Of a stretch of DNA of 64,000 nucleotides, positions 56,223 through 64,000 are shown piece by piece; position 1 is the first letter of the stretch, and the number at the start of each line of letters is the position of its first letter. The translations under genes and the position numbers were made by a program. The notes under the pieces were generated by a model. The model worked only from the letters and a program-made list of their open reading frames with translations. It searched no databases and was not told where the DNA came from. Source of the DNA: Candidatus Binatia bacterium (lineage in GTDB: Bacteria; Desulfobacterota; Binatia; UBA1149; JAJCZL01); NCBI GenBank assembly GCA_028278325.1, contig JANQEO010000361.1:202-64201 (forward strand). Reading direction: 5' to 3'.

Positions 56223-59081
56223 TCAGTTGTTAAAGGTTTCAACCGCGGCCACGGCAATGGCTGCCTGATATAGAATCTGAGTAACCTGAGCCCAAAACGT
56301 CAGCGGTCGAATTCGGTCGGTTTCCAGCGGGACGACGATCGTGTCGCCGGGCCGAATGTCGGAGCGCCCGGTGCTTCGCCGGCCAAACCATCGGGACCGA
56401 TGGCCTGCCTCCACTGCACCGCTGGCTCGAACGATATAGATCAGCTTGCTGTCCGCCCTGCGCGTCAAGCCGCCGCTCTTCGCGATATAGTGATCCCGGG
56501 AGAGGTCCGGTTCGTAGAGATGCGATGTGTTCTGCTGTGTCTCGCCGATGACCGTGACGGATTGAGCCTGCTTCGGTACGAGCAATTGATCGCCATCACG
56601 GAGCTCCAGGGGAAGTCCGGCCTCACGGTTCTGTGTAATGCCCTCGAGGTCGATGACGAGGCGGCCCACCGCTTCCGTGTCACGCAGTTGACCGAGGAGC
56701 GCCTGACCGGTTTCCAGTGTCTCGCTGCCGGTGGTGTCCACTGACTCGAGCGACAGTGACGCAAGATCCGCCTGCAATCGCCCCGCAAGCAACTCGATCT
56801 GCTCCTGCTCCTGCCTCCTGAGGGACTCCCTCAGGAATATCGCGCCTTCGGGGAAGGCCGCGTCCGTGAGTCCGCCCGCGCGCTCGAGCAGCTCCGCAAG
56901 CGTCTCCCCACGCCTTATCCGGTACTCTCCGGGAAACGTCACCTCGCCCTCCAGCGTGACCGTCCAGAGGGTATCCCACTCGGGCAGGCCGCTGATGCGC
57001 AGGTTGTCGTGCTCGGTGAGCAATGCGTCTTTCGTGTCGTCACCACCAAGGATAGCGCCGAGATCGATTTCCTGAATGTCGGTAGAGCGGAACTCGTCAT
57101 TGACGACGTCGTATCGGACCAACTCGGCCTTGACCGCATAGGCCTCTTCCGACAGATCGCCCGCAGCCCGGATCAGGTCGCTGACGCGCATGCCGGGTTC
57201 GAGCGGATAGGTGCCCGGAGCCTTTACGCGACCGGAAACGGTCACGATCGAATTCGGATTGCCGTAGCGCGATTGAAGCTCGAGCTCGTCGAGAATGGGT
57301 TGGATCACGCGCTGGCGACCGAATTCGAGACTGAAAACGTAGATCCTGTCTCTGGGCCGCAGTTCAGTGTTGTCGGACGATGCCCGGTTCTCGAGCGCCT
57401 GCGCCAGGTCGGCCGAGGCGACACTGATCGCCCGGTTGTCCGGGTCTTCGCGGCGGATCAGAACGTAGCCCTTGTCGGCCCCGGGACGCAGCATCTGCAC
57501 GGATTGGATGACATCCGTCAGCCGCATGCCCGGCCGCCACTCGTACGGACCCTGCCGATACACGTGTCCGACGAGCTCGACCGTTTGCTGGTATTCGGGC
57601 AACACGTTCGGTACGAAGACCGCATCGCCGGGCCGGGATGTCATCGAGCGCAGCTCGGCCGAACTGGCATCGACAGACACCACCACGCGTCCCGCCCCGG
57701 AGCCGATCCGCTCCACTCGGGCGCCTTCTGGAAAAGCATCGGCGGTAAACCCGCCGGCCAGGGCGATGACGTCCGCGACCGACGTCTGTCCCCTGGCCTC
57801 GTAGATCGCCGGGCGCTTGACGGCGCCGTCGACGCTGACCTGAGGCCCTACCGGCGGCACGAAGATGACGTCACCCGGCTGCAGGCGCACGTCATCTGTC
57901 GTATCCCCGCGCAACAGCAGGTCGTAGAGATCGAGACGTGTTACGACCTCGCCCTGGCGCTTGAGTTGTATGTCCCGCAGCGTGCCGATCTCACTGATGC
58001 CGCCGGCGGCATAGATCGCGCTGCTGATCGTCGCCAGGCTGCCGACGACGTAGGAACCGGGCCGATTCGCGTCTCCGAGCACGAATACGCGGATGGTCCG
58101 CAGCTGCCCCATGGTTGCGCTGACCTGCGTGCCGATCAGCATCTGCTCGACACGCGTATTGAGATCCACCCGGAATTCGGAGAACGGCAGTCCGGCAACC
58201 GTAATCGGTCCGATCTCGGGCAGGTTCAGCACGCCGTCCCGGCTGACCTCGAATTCGTAAATGCCGTTTACGTTGCCGAAGAGCTGCACGCGCACGCTGT
58301 CACCAGGTCCGAGCACGTAGTCCGGGGGCACCGGGCCGGTTATCACCGGTTCGAAATTCGCCTCAACCGATTCGAAGACGTCGTAGCCGAACGGCTCCAG
58401 CGCGGCGGTACCGGTCGCCGTCGTCTGCAGGATCGCCACCGTGATTTCGAAGGGCCGCAAAGCCCGCTCGGCACCCAGCCGAAGCTCGATCTCGGCCGCC
58501 GACAGGCCGCGAACCGGAACGACCGCCACGCCGGGCAATTCGAGCTGACCGGCCTCGTCCACCCGATAGACGCCGCTGCCCTCCAGCTCGGCGAGTGCAG
58601 GATCTTCCGCGATTCGGATCTCCGGAACCGCCGGTCGTAATTCGGCCAGCTGGAACTGAATGACCAGCGTGGATCCCGGCTCGGCGCGGGCCGTCTCCCC
58701 GACCTCGCCTTCCTGGCTTTCGGCGTCCGGCACCGACTGAGGATCGTTCCGCCCCGCTTGTTCGTTCAGCGACGAAAAGGGCTGTTGGGCCCCGTTCGTG
58801 CTCCGGCCCTGGGCCTCACGAAGCGCCTGCATGGCCTGCTGACGCTGCGCAGGCGGCAACTGATTCAGCATGCGCTGTTGCTCAGGCGACAGCTGTATCG
58901 ATTGCGCACCGGCACGAGGCAATCCGCCCAGCAGACCGGCGATTGCCAGGCAGACGAGAATCAAGTGCCGTGAAAAACCACCGCTCGACACGGAGCCCCG
59001 CCCCTCTTCAGACCAAGTGTATGCCCAACTCGGAGCCGGCAACCGACGCAGCGTCGGATTGAGGCCCCGAAAGCGCGGCAT
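56223..59081 (-). CDS. Very large outer-membrane polysaccharide export (OPX/Wza-family) protein with multiple SLBB repeats
   Basis: The signal-like segment is LILVCLAIAGLLGGLPRAGAQ. The Poly_export motif is YVLGPGDSVRVQLFGNVNG...VSRDGVLNLPEIGPITVAGL. At least six SLBB-like units follow: VLGDANRPGSYVV, VDGAVKRPAIYEA, LVGHVYRQGPYEW, VSGRVKAPGTYPL, LEGEVTFPGEYRI and VIGETQQNTSHLY. The tail is hydrophobic or amphipathic: TFWAQVTQILYQAAIAVAAVETF. Confidence 0.85.
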   Translation of the reverse strand: MPRFRGLNPTLRRLPAPSWAYTWSEEGRGSVSSGGFSRHLILVCLAIAGLLGGLPRAGAQSIQLSPEQQRMLNQLPPAQRQQAMQALREAQGRSTNGAQQPFSSLNEQAGRNDPQSVPDAESQEGEVGETARAEPGSTLVIQFQLAELRPAVPEIRIAEDPALAELEGSGVYRVDEAGQLELPGVAVVPVRGLSAAEIELRLGAERALRPFEITVAILQTTATGTAALEPFGYDVFESVEANFEPVITGPVPPDYVLGPGDSVRVQLFGNVNGIYEFEVSRDGVLNLPEIGPITVAGLPFSEFRVDLNTRVEQMLIGTQVSATMGQLRTIRVFVLGDANRPGSYVVGSLATISSAIYAAGGISEIGTLRDIQLKRQGEVVTRLDLYDLLLRGDTTDDVRLQPGDVIFVPPVGPQVSVDGAVKRPAIYEARGQTSVADVIALAGGFTADAFPEGARVERIGSGAGRVVVSVDASSAELRSMTSRPGDAVFVPNVLPEYQQTVELVGHVYRQGPYEWRPGMRLTDVIQSVQMLRPGADKGYVLIRREDPDNRAISVASADLAQALENRASSDNTELRPRDRIYVFSLEFGRQRVIQPILDELELQSRYGNPNSIVTVSGRVKAPGTYPLEPGMRVSDLIRAAGDLSEEAYAVKAELVRYDVVNDEFRSTDIQEIDLGAILGGDDTKDALLTEHDNLRISGLPEWDTLWTVTLEGEVTFPGEYRIRRGETLAELLERAGGLTDAAFPEGAIFLRESLRRQEQEQIELLAGRLQADLASLSLESVDTTGSETLETGQALLGQLRDTEAVGRLVIDLEGITQNREAGLPLELRDGDQLLVPKQAQSVTVIGETQQNTSHLYEPDLSRDHYIAKSGGLTRRADSKLIYIVRASGAVEAGHRSRWFGRRSTGRSDIRPGDTIVVPLETDRIRPLTFWAQVTQILYQAAIAVAAVETFNN

Positions 59082-59137
59082 TGTACCAGCACTGGCGCGC
59101 TAAGGTACTGAAAATCGGGACTTTGATCACGGTTCGG

Positions 59138-60784
59138 CTAATAGCTGCTGCGCCATTGGATGAAGAATCGCACGTCGTCATCGGTGTCGCCGCCAAGCTC
59201 GTTCTCTATGCGTTCGAATCCGACTCCGGCGGTGATCTCGCCGAAACTGAAGACTCGGGAATGGCGGACGTCGATGCTGACGATGTCCTGCTGCGTCGGC
59301 GTCAGGCTTTGCCGGTCGTCGGGCGGGCCACCGGTATTCAGTTCACCGATCCGAATCGTCGCTGCCCACTCGGTTTCGTCTTCGTCGATCGCGATGAGGC
59401 CCGCCGAGACGACCCTCGCGTCATTGTCCGCCGGATGGCCGACGCTGCGGCCGCGGTACCGGTATCCGGTCCGATAGATGCTGTTGTTGTAAGCGCAGTT
59501 GAATCTCTCGCTGGATTCGTAGAACTGGCAGCTGGTGCCGGCGAATTCTCCGAACCAGCGGTACGACCAGCGGTCGCGGAACAGCCCGGTGCCCTCGACG
59601 CCGACCTGCCCCAGATAGCGGCTCGGAAAACCGCCCGCTTCGTCTTCGCCGATGAACTGGCCGTAGAACGCGACCGGAACGTCGAGAATACGGGTCGCCC
59701 AACGAACGTCGAAGCCGGCCAGCTGGTTGCCGGGCTCGTTCTCGCGCGAAATGTCGTCGTCGCCGACGTTGTCGCGGCCGAGAAACAGATCGATGAACGC
59801 GTCGGAGTTGCAGGGCCTGTCCTCGCCGCACCATTGCGCTGTCCGCGAGAGCCCGATCTCCAGCGACGGGATCGGCCGGAAACTGAATCGCAGACCGAAG
59901 AACTGCGCGTCCGGCACGAACCGATCGCTTTCCATTTGCCCGAAGTGCATGGAGAGGTCCCACGGGCCGAGCCAGGACAGCAAGGGTGTCGCGAAGGGGT
60001 CGGTGAAGTTCCGGTCGATGGAGATCGCGGGAATCGGCCGCGCGTTGTTGGACAGGATCAGGCTGCCGTCCCAGCCCGGGCCCCACCACCGGTCCAGCGT
60101 GTTGACGCCTATCGACCAGTTGCCGACAGAGGCAGCAATGACCGAGCGATCGGCGCGGAATTCCTCGAACTCGTCAGCCACGTCCAGCCACTGGCCGTTG
60201 ATCGAAGCTGTGAACCAGTCACCCGTATAGGTGAAGCCGCCGCTCAGCTCGCCGCGGCCGCGCGGCGTGTCCTCGAACGAACGGATGCGCTTGGGCTTCT
60301 CAGCCCCGCTGACGCGGGCGTTGAAAAAGGCCTCGCCGCTGCGTGTGTCCCAGCTCGCACGTGCTTTGACACGTGCCAGCGCATCGACCACGTCCCGCGG
60401 CGTGTCGCCCGCCAGGTCGAACGCATTGAGATCGGCGAGTATTGGCCCCCACGCCAGCGGCCAGGTCGTGGTCGGCCCCGTAATGACACCGTGGTCCGCG
60501 AGCCGCTGGATGTCGTTGCGCAGCGCCGTATCGCCAGCGCCGATGAACGGGCTGGCGTAGACGCTGCCGGCCACTAGCGGCATCAGCAGTGCCCATGTCA
60601 CAGCGACGAAAATCGGTCTTCGAATCGGGCCGATAATGAGACTCTCCTTGTTGCGGATTCGCAAACGAACGTCCAAAGTGCGGCAGATGCTAACAATTTT
60701 GGCGAAATCGTCGTAGTCGAAATCTCGTCTGAAACAGAGATCGAACGAGCGGACGACACCGCGTCGATCCCGGCGACCCTTCAA
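59138..60784 (-). CDS. wzi: Wzi-family capsule assembly outer-membrane protein (start uncertain)
   Basis: After a signal-like VAVTWALLMPLVAGSVYA comes FIGAGDTALRNDIQRLADHGVITGPTTTWPLAWGPILADL. This matches the Wzi N-terminal pattern LRxDLxWLxDRGVI....TWPL.W. The rest is rich in aromatic-terminated beta-strands and ends in WRSSY. Confidence 0.7.
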   Translation of the reverse strand: MKGRRDRRGVVRSFDLCFRRDFDYDDFAKIVSICRTLDVRLRIRNKESLIIGPIRRPIFVAVTWALLMPLVAGSVYASPFIGAGDTALRNDIQRLADHGVITGPTTTWPLAWGPILADLNAFDLAGDTPRDVVDALARVKARASWDTRSGEAFFNARVSGAEKPKRIRSFEDTPRGRGELSGGFTYTGDWFTASINGQWLDVADEFEEFRADRSVIAASVGNWSIGVNTLDRWWGPGWDGSLILSNNARPIPAISIDRNFTDPFATPLLSWLGPWDLSMHFGQMESDRFVPDAQFFGLRFSFRPIPSLEIGLSRTAQWCGEDRPCNSDAFIDLFLGRDNVGDDDISRENEPGNQLAGFDVRWATRILDVPVAFYGQFIGEDEAGGFPSRYLGQVGVEGTGLFRDRWSYRWFGEFAGTSCQFYESSERFNCAYNNSIYRTGYRYRGRSVGHPADNDARVVSAGLIAIDEDETEWAATIRIGELNTGGPPDDRQSLTPTQQDIVSIDVRHSRVFSFGEITAGVGFERIENELGGDTDDDVRFFIQWRSSY

Positions 60785-60790
60785 AATCCC

Positions 60791-62131
60791 ATGCTCGAGA
60801 AGCCTGCACAGGAAACGGAGCGAGTAAGCTCGGAACCAACCGGTGCGGCACGAAGCCTTGCCAGCACCGTGCTTCGCAGCGGCGCGGGCAGTTTGGTCGT
60901 CAAGCTCCTTTCCCTGACCCTGGGATTTCTGGTCGTCGTGGTACTTGCGCGCAGTCTGGGGCCGGACGAATACGGCGTGTATACCTACGCCTACGCCCTG
61001 ATCGCCGCGCTGAGCATCCCGGCGACGTTCGGCGTCCCGACACTGGTGGTTCGGGAGACGGCGAAGGCGCAGGCGAAGCGGGACTGGGCGACGATGCTGG
61101 GCCTTTGGCGCTGGTCCCGATCGCTCATGCTGCGCATCTCGATGCCGCTGGCCGTCTTGTCCGCTGTCGTCGCCTGGCTCGTGTCGGACCGGTTCGCTCC
61201 GAACGGCCTTACCGTATTTCTCATTGCGCTCGCCTTTCTGCCATTGAACTCGCTCGGTGCCCTGCGTAGCGCACAGCTGAGGGGGCTGAACTTCACCGTT
61301 TGGGGACAGATACCCGAGCTGATCATCCGGCCCGGACTACTCGCCCTGCTGGCCGGCGGCACCTACTGGTGGCTGGCTCCGCGCCAACTGACCGCGCCGG
61401 ATGCGATGTGGCTGCATGCCGGCGCGGCATTCGTCGCCGTCGTGCTGGGCTCCATTGCGTTGAAGGTGCTGCAACCCCTCCAGGCAACGGGCGGAACCTA
61501 CGAAGCCGAGCACAAACGTGACTGGTTCCGCGCCGTACTGCCGCTCGCACTCGTCTCCGGCATGCAGACGATCAACAACAACCTCGACGTGCTGATGCTA
61601 GGACTTTACTATCCTGCCGCAGAGGTCGGTATTCTGAAGGTCGTCCTTCAATTCGGTATGCTCGTCGTGCTCGGGCTCCAGGCGATAAACGTCGTTGTCG
61701 CACCGCAGATTGCAAAGCTCCACAGTAACGGTGACTACGGCGGCTTGCGCAGGATAGCGGCGCTCAGTGCCGGCGTTGCACTGCTCACGGCCGTGCCGGT
61801 GACCGGGGTCTTCCTGCTGTTCGGCAGTCAGATACTCGCGTTCGTGTTTGGCGAGGCCTACACGGCCGGCAGTACGGCACTGATGATCATCGCTCTCGGT
61901 CAAACGGCGAACGCCGGCGCCGGCTCGGTCGGCATCATGCTAAGCATGACGGGCAACGAACGACTATCGGCGCGCGGCGTCGCAATAGCAACGGTTGCCA
62001 ATCTCGTCCTGAATCTCGTCCTGATACCGCCATACGGCTTGAACGGTGCCGCGGCAGCGACTGCGGTAACATTGGTCGTCTGGAACGTCCTGTTGTGGCG
62101 CTACGTCCGGCGGAACGTCTGGACACGATAG
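60791..62131 (+). CDS. Second Wzx-like flippase / polysaccharide biosynthesis protein (MOP superfamily)
   Basis: The 446 aa product has about 12 TM segments. The N-terminus reads GSLVVKLLSLTLGFLVVVVLARSLGPDEYGVY. The C-terminal region contains GLNGAAAATAVTLVVWNVLLW. Confidence 0.75.
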   Translation: MLEKPAQETERVSSEPTGAARSLASTVLRSGAGSLVVKLLSLTLGFLVVVVLARSLGPDEYGVYTYAYALIAALSIPATFGVPTLVVRETAKAQAKRDWATMLGLWRWSRSLMLRISMPLAVLSAVVAWLVSDRFAPNGLTVFLIALAFLPLNSLGALRSAQLRGLNFTVWGQIPELIIRPGLLALLAGGTYWWLAPRQLTAPDAMWLHAGAAFVAVVLGSIALKVLQPLQATGGTYEAEHKRDWFRAVLPLALVSGMQTINNNLDVLMLGLYYPAAEVGILKVVLQFGMLVVLGLQAINVVVAPQIAKLHSNGDYGGLRRIAALSAGVALLTAVPVTGVFLLFGSQILAFVFGEAYTAGSTALMIIALGQTANAGAGSVGIMLSMTGNERLSARGVAIATVANLVLNLVLIPPYGLNGAAAATAVTLVVWNVLLWRYVRRNVWTR

Positions 62132-62208
62132 CCGGCATCCGGCCTGTCTGGAACGACCTTCACGAAATCGATCAGAGCAGCCGAGCACCGAAAGGAAGAT
62201 CCGACCCA

Positions 62209-63060
62209 ATGCACGCCAGCGACGATGCAACCGAGGAATCCGAGTCCGCGTGGGCCCGGATGAGCCGGATGGCTCTAACGGCTTGGCAGAACGCCCCGAA
62301 TTTCCTGGTCCCGCCCCTCGAAACCGACAAGGGTTTCTGCTTCGTATGCGGTTGCGGCCACAGCGGCACGACGTTGCTCGCAGCGCGCCTGGGCAATCAT
62401 CCGAACGTCTATCTCGTGGGGCGGGAATCGGGGGCGTTCCGGCCGCAGAACGGCGCGCTCTGCTCCCGGCAGATTTCGACCGAGTGGGTGTTCCAGGCTT
62501 CCGCCGCCGGCAAGAGGGTCATCGTCGAGAAGACGCCCAGACACGTCCACTCCGTTCGCGCCATCAGGCGGGTGTTGCCGGCCGCAAAACTGATCCTGAT
62601 TACACGCAATCCGCTGGATACGGTGGCTTCTCTGCGGAAGCGGCTCGGGACTCTGCAAGCCAGCGTTTCCCGATGGCAAACCGACAACAGGCAGGTCCTC
62701 CGCTTGCGAAGGCAACCCAACACGCTGCTTCTCCGCTACGAAGACCTGACCGGCAGTCCGGAGTCCAGCCTCCGGGAGGCTATAGAGTTTCTCGATCTTG
62801 GCTGGAACGCGGCGGTCCTCGAGGCCGGAAGATCGGCCTACGACCGGGTGGATCACTCCGGCAACATGAAGACCCGTGCCGCGCAGGTGCGCGAGGAGAT
62901 TCGGCCCCGAATAGGGACATGGAACGAGGCGCTCACGCCGGATGAAGCTCGCCACGTCTGGAAATCGACCGAGGAGCTGGCCGCCGAACTCGGTTACCGG
63001 GCCGACGGCTTCAATCCCGACGGGCTGGTCGGGGACTTGGCGCAGGCACAGACGGACTGA
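62209..63060 (+). CDS. PAPS-dependent sulfotransferase
   Basis: I chose the ATG at 62209, with AAAGGAAG upstream, which avoids overlap with the flippase. FVCGCGHSGTTLLAARLG is the 5'-PSB P-loop. LITRNPLDTVASLRKR is the 3'-PB motif. Confidence 0.8.
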   Translation: MHASDDATEESESAWARMSRMALTAWQNAPNFLVPPLETDKGFCFVCGCGHSGTTLLAARLGNHPNVYLVGRESGAFRPQNGALCSRQISTEWVFQASAAGKRVIVEKTPRHVHSVRAIRRVLPAAKLILITRNPLDTVASLRKRLGTLQASVSRWQTDNRQVLRLRRQPNTLLLRYEDLTGSPESSLREAIEFLDLGWNAAVLEAGRSAYDRVDHSGNMKTRAAQVREEIRPRIGTWNEALTPDEARHVWKSTEELAAELGYRADGFNPDGLVGDLAQAQTD

Positions 63061-63118
63061 GGGGCCGCCGGCCGATTTCTCTCGGCTCTAGCCCGTACCT
63101 GTCACCGATCCAGGGGCG

Positions 63119-63919
63119 CTAATCGGAGGTCCCGGACGATATCGCCTGTCGACGCATTCGGGATGCTTGGACGGCCTGCTCGAATAGTGCGTCGAGCTGC
63201 GCGAAGAGTTCCCGGTCGATATCGGCCACCGCCGATTTTGGCTGACGGGGGTTCCTCTGCGGCAATCGGATATCGACACCGACGAAACGCGAGATCTCGT
63301 CGGTACGTTCCCAAAGCTCGTCGAAGGGAATCATGAACACGTCATCGGCTCGCACCGACATCCACGCGTTCACCTGGGATTCGAAGTTGAGCACGTCGGC
63401 ACGGAATAGATCAGATACAAACCCATGCGCGCGCAGATGGTGAAGGTGTTTCTCGAACCAGGCGTTGCCCCTCGATCGGGCCGTTCGCACGACGGACTGC
63501 GCAGACTCCAGCGGAGGGCCGAATACGAACAGATACTTGCCGTCCGGGAGCGTGCCGTCCTGCGGGAAATCGTGGGTCTTGAGAACAGGATAATCGAGGC
63601 CGTCTATGTCCGCGAGGCGGTCTGCGAACTCCATCGCGACATACCGCAGGGCTCGCATGAACAACGGCGGTAACCGTCGCCCGAAGCGATGCGCAATCAG
63701 ACCGTCGGCGATGCTGTCACACAGCAGGGTCGAGCCGCTCCGGCCGGTACTGGCGACCACGATGGGCGGCCTGCCAACACCGAAGAGGACTCTCGAAGAC
63801 ACTCGCTTCAAGCGGCTTCCGACTTCGACCAACAGTCGATTCAGCGTGTATGCAAGCGCCGTCAGACGATTACGAAGGCCCATCCTGGCCTCGTACCAGC
63901 GCGTCAAACCATCGTTCAC
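63119..63919 (-). CDS. Sulfotransferase-like P-loop protein (Stf0-like)
   Basis: The product contains IVVASTGRSGSTLLCDSI as the 5'-PSB-type loop and YPVLKTHDFP. It has no other recognisable domain and lies convergent with the 62209 sulfotransferase. Confidence 0.55.
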   Translation of the reverse strand: MNDGLTRWYEARMGLRNRLTALAYTLNRLLVEVGSRLKRVSSRVLFGVGRPPIVVASTGRSGSTLLCDSIADGLIAHRFGRRLPPLFMRALRYVAMEFADRLADIDGLDYPVLKTHDFPQDGTLPDGKYLFVFGPPLESAQSVVRTARSRGNAWFEKHLHHLRAHGFVSDLFRADVLNFESQVNAWMSVRADDVFMIPFDELWERTDEISRFVGVDIRLPQRNPRQPKSAVADIDRELFAQLDALFEQAVQASRMRRQAISSGTSD

Positions 63920-64000
63920 CTCAATCGGGCCCGTGTCGCCGGAATTGGTGAACGGCCGGGTCGGCAGGTGCAGATTGGAGCCGCCGCTCGTATGTGTTGC

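Noticed and set aside
57009-58640. 543 aa plus-strand ORF; also 59081-60577 (+, 498 aa), 46997-48169 (+, 390 aa), 23664-24596 (+, 310 aa) and 35857-36855 (+, 332 aa).
   Set aside because: Each is antisense to a motif-supported gene: OPX, Wzi-like, WbuB-like GT4, the formyltransferase-like fusion and manB respectively. None has recognisable domains.
1-64000. Search for sigma-54 promoters (TGGCAC-N5-TTGC), expected for PrsK/PrsR-controlled loci.
   Set aside because: TGGCAC/GTGCCA hexamers that I noticed (for example near 12085, 13665, 32108 and 50615) lie inside coding regions or lack a correctly spaced TTGC(A/T) element. A position-weight-matrix scan would be needed for a definitive answer.
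1-64000. Looked for tRNA, rRNA, CRISPR repeats, IS elements or transposases, integrases, long tandem or inverted repeats, and PEP-CTERM sorting tails (VPEP + TM + basic cluster) in listed ORFs.
   Set aside because: I recognised none. The only repeats noticed are a short ggcacatccgag duplication encoding the SDVP repeats in the lyase-like tail, and codon-level paralogy between the CelD-like genes.

Overview
The whole 64 kb window is one large cell-surface polysaccharide (EPS/capsule-type) biosynthesis locus from a high-GC Gram-negative genome, probably proteobacterial; I cannot assign taxonomy from sequence alone. I support about 45 coding features. They include nine GT4 genes (one 3'-truncated), two GT2 genes, one GT26 gene and one GT-C glycosyltransferase gene. 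There are two different initiating phosphoglycosyltransferases (WecA/MraY-type and PglC-type), two Wzx/MOP flippases and one Wzy/O-antigen-ligase-like polymerase. Export is represented by a very large multi-SLBB OPX protein next to a Wzi-like outer-membrane protein. Nucleotide-sugar supply is well covered: manB, manC, gmd, fcl, ugd, wecB, plus a PglF/E/D-like set for a 2,4-diacetamido-trideoxyhexose. Decoration enzymes are unusually dense: four sulfotransferase-like genes, a SAM methyltransferase, several GNAT and FemAB/CelD-like acyltransferases, a PaaK/CapK-like adenylating enzyme and an AsnB-like amidotransferase. A PrsK-type histidine kinase, the AsnB-like amidotransferase and the FemAB-like genes match the marker set of XrtA/PEP-CTERM EPS loci. 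No exosortase, PrsR, Wzc-type co-polymerase or PEP-CTERM substrate is visible here. There are three decay signatures: an epimerase remnant, a degraded ABC exporter and a truncated GT4. A roughly 7 kb low-GC insert carries a sulfotransferase, a GT-C enzyme, a secreted pectate-lyase-like protein and a methyltransferase. I found no rRNA, tRNA, CRISPR array, transposase or integrase. Many long ORFs in the supplied track are antisense or alternate-frame shadows typical of high-GC DNA and were rejected. All family assignments come from motif recognition by eye, not from database searches.
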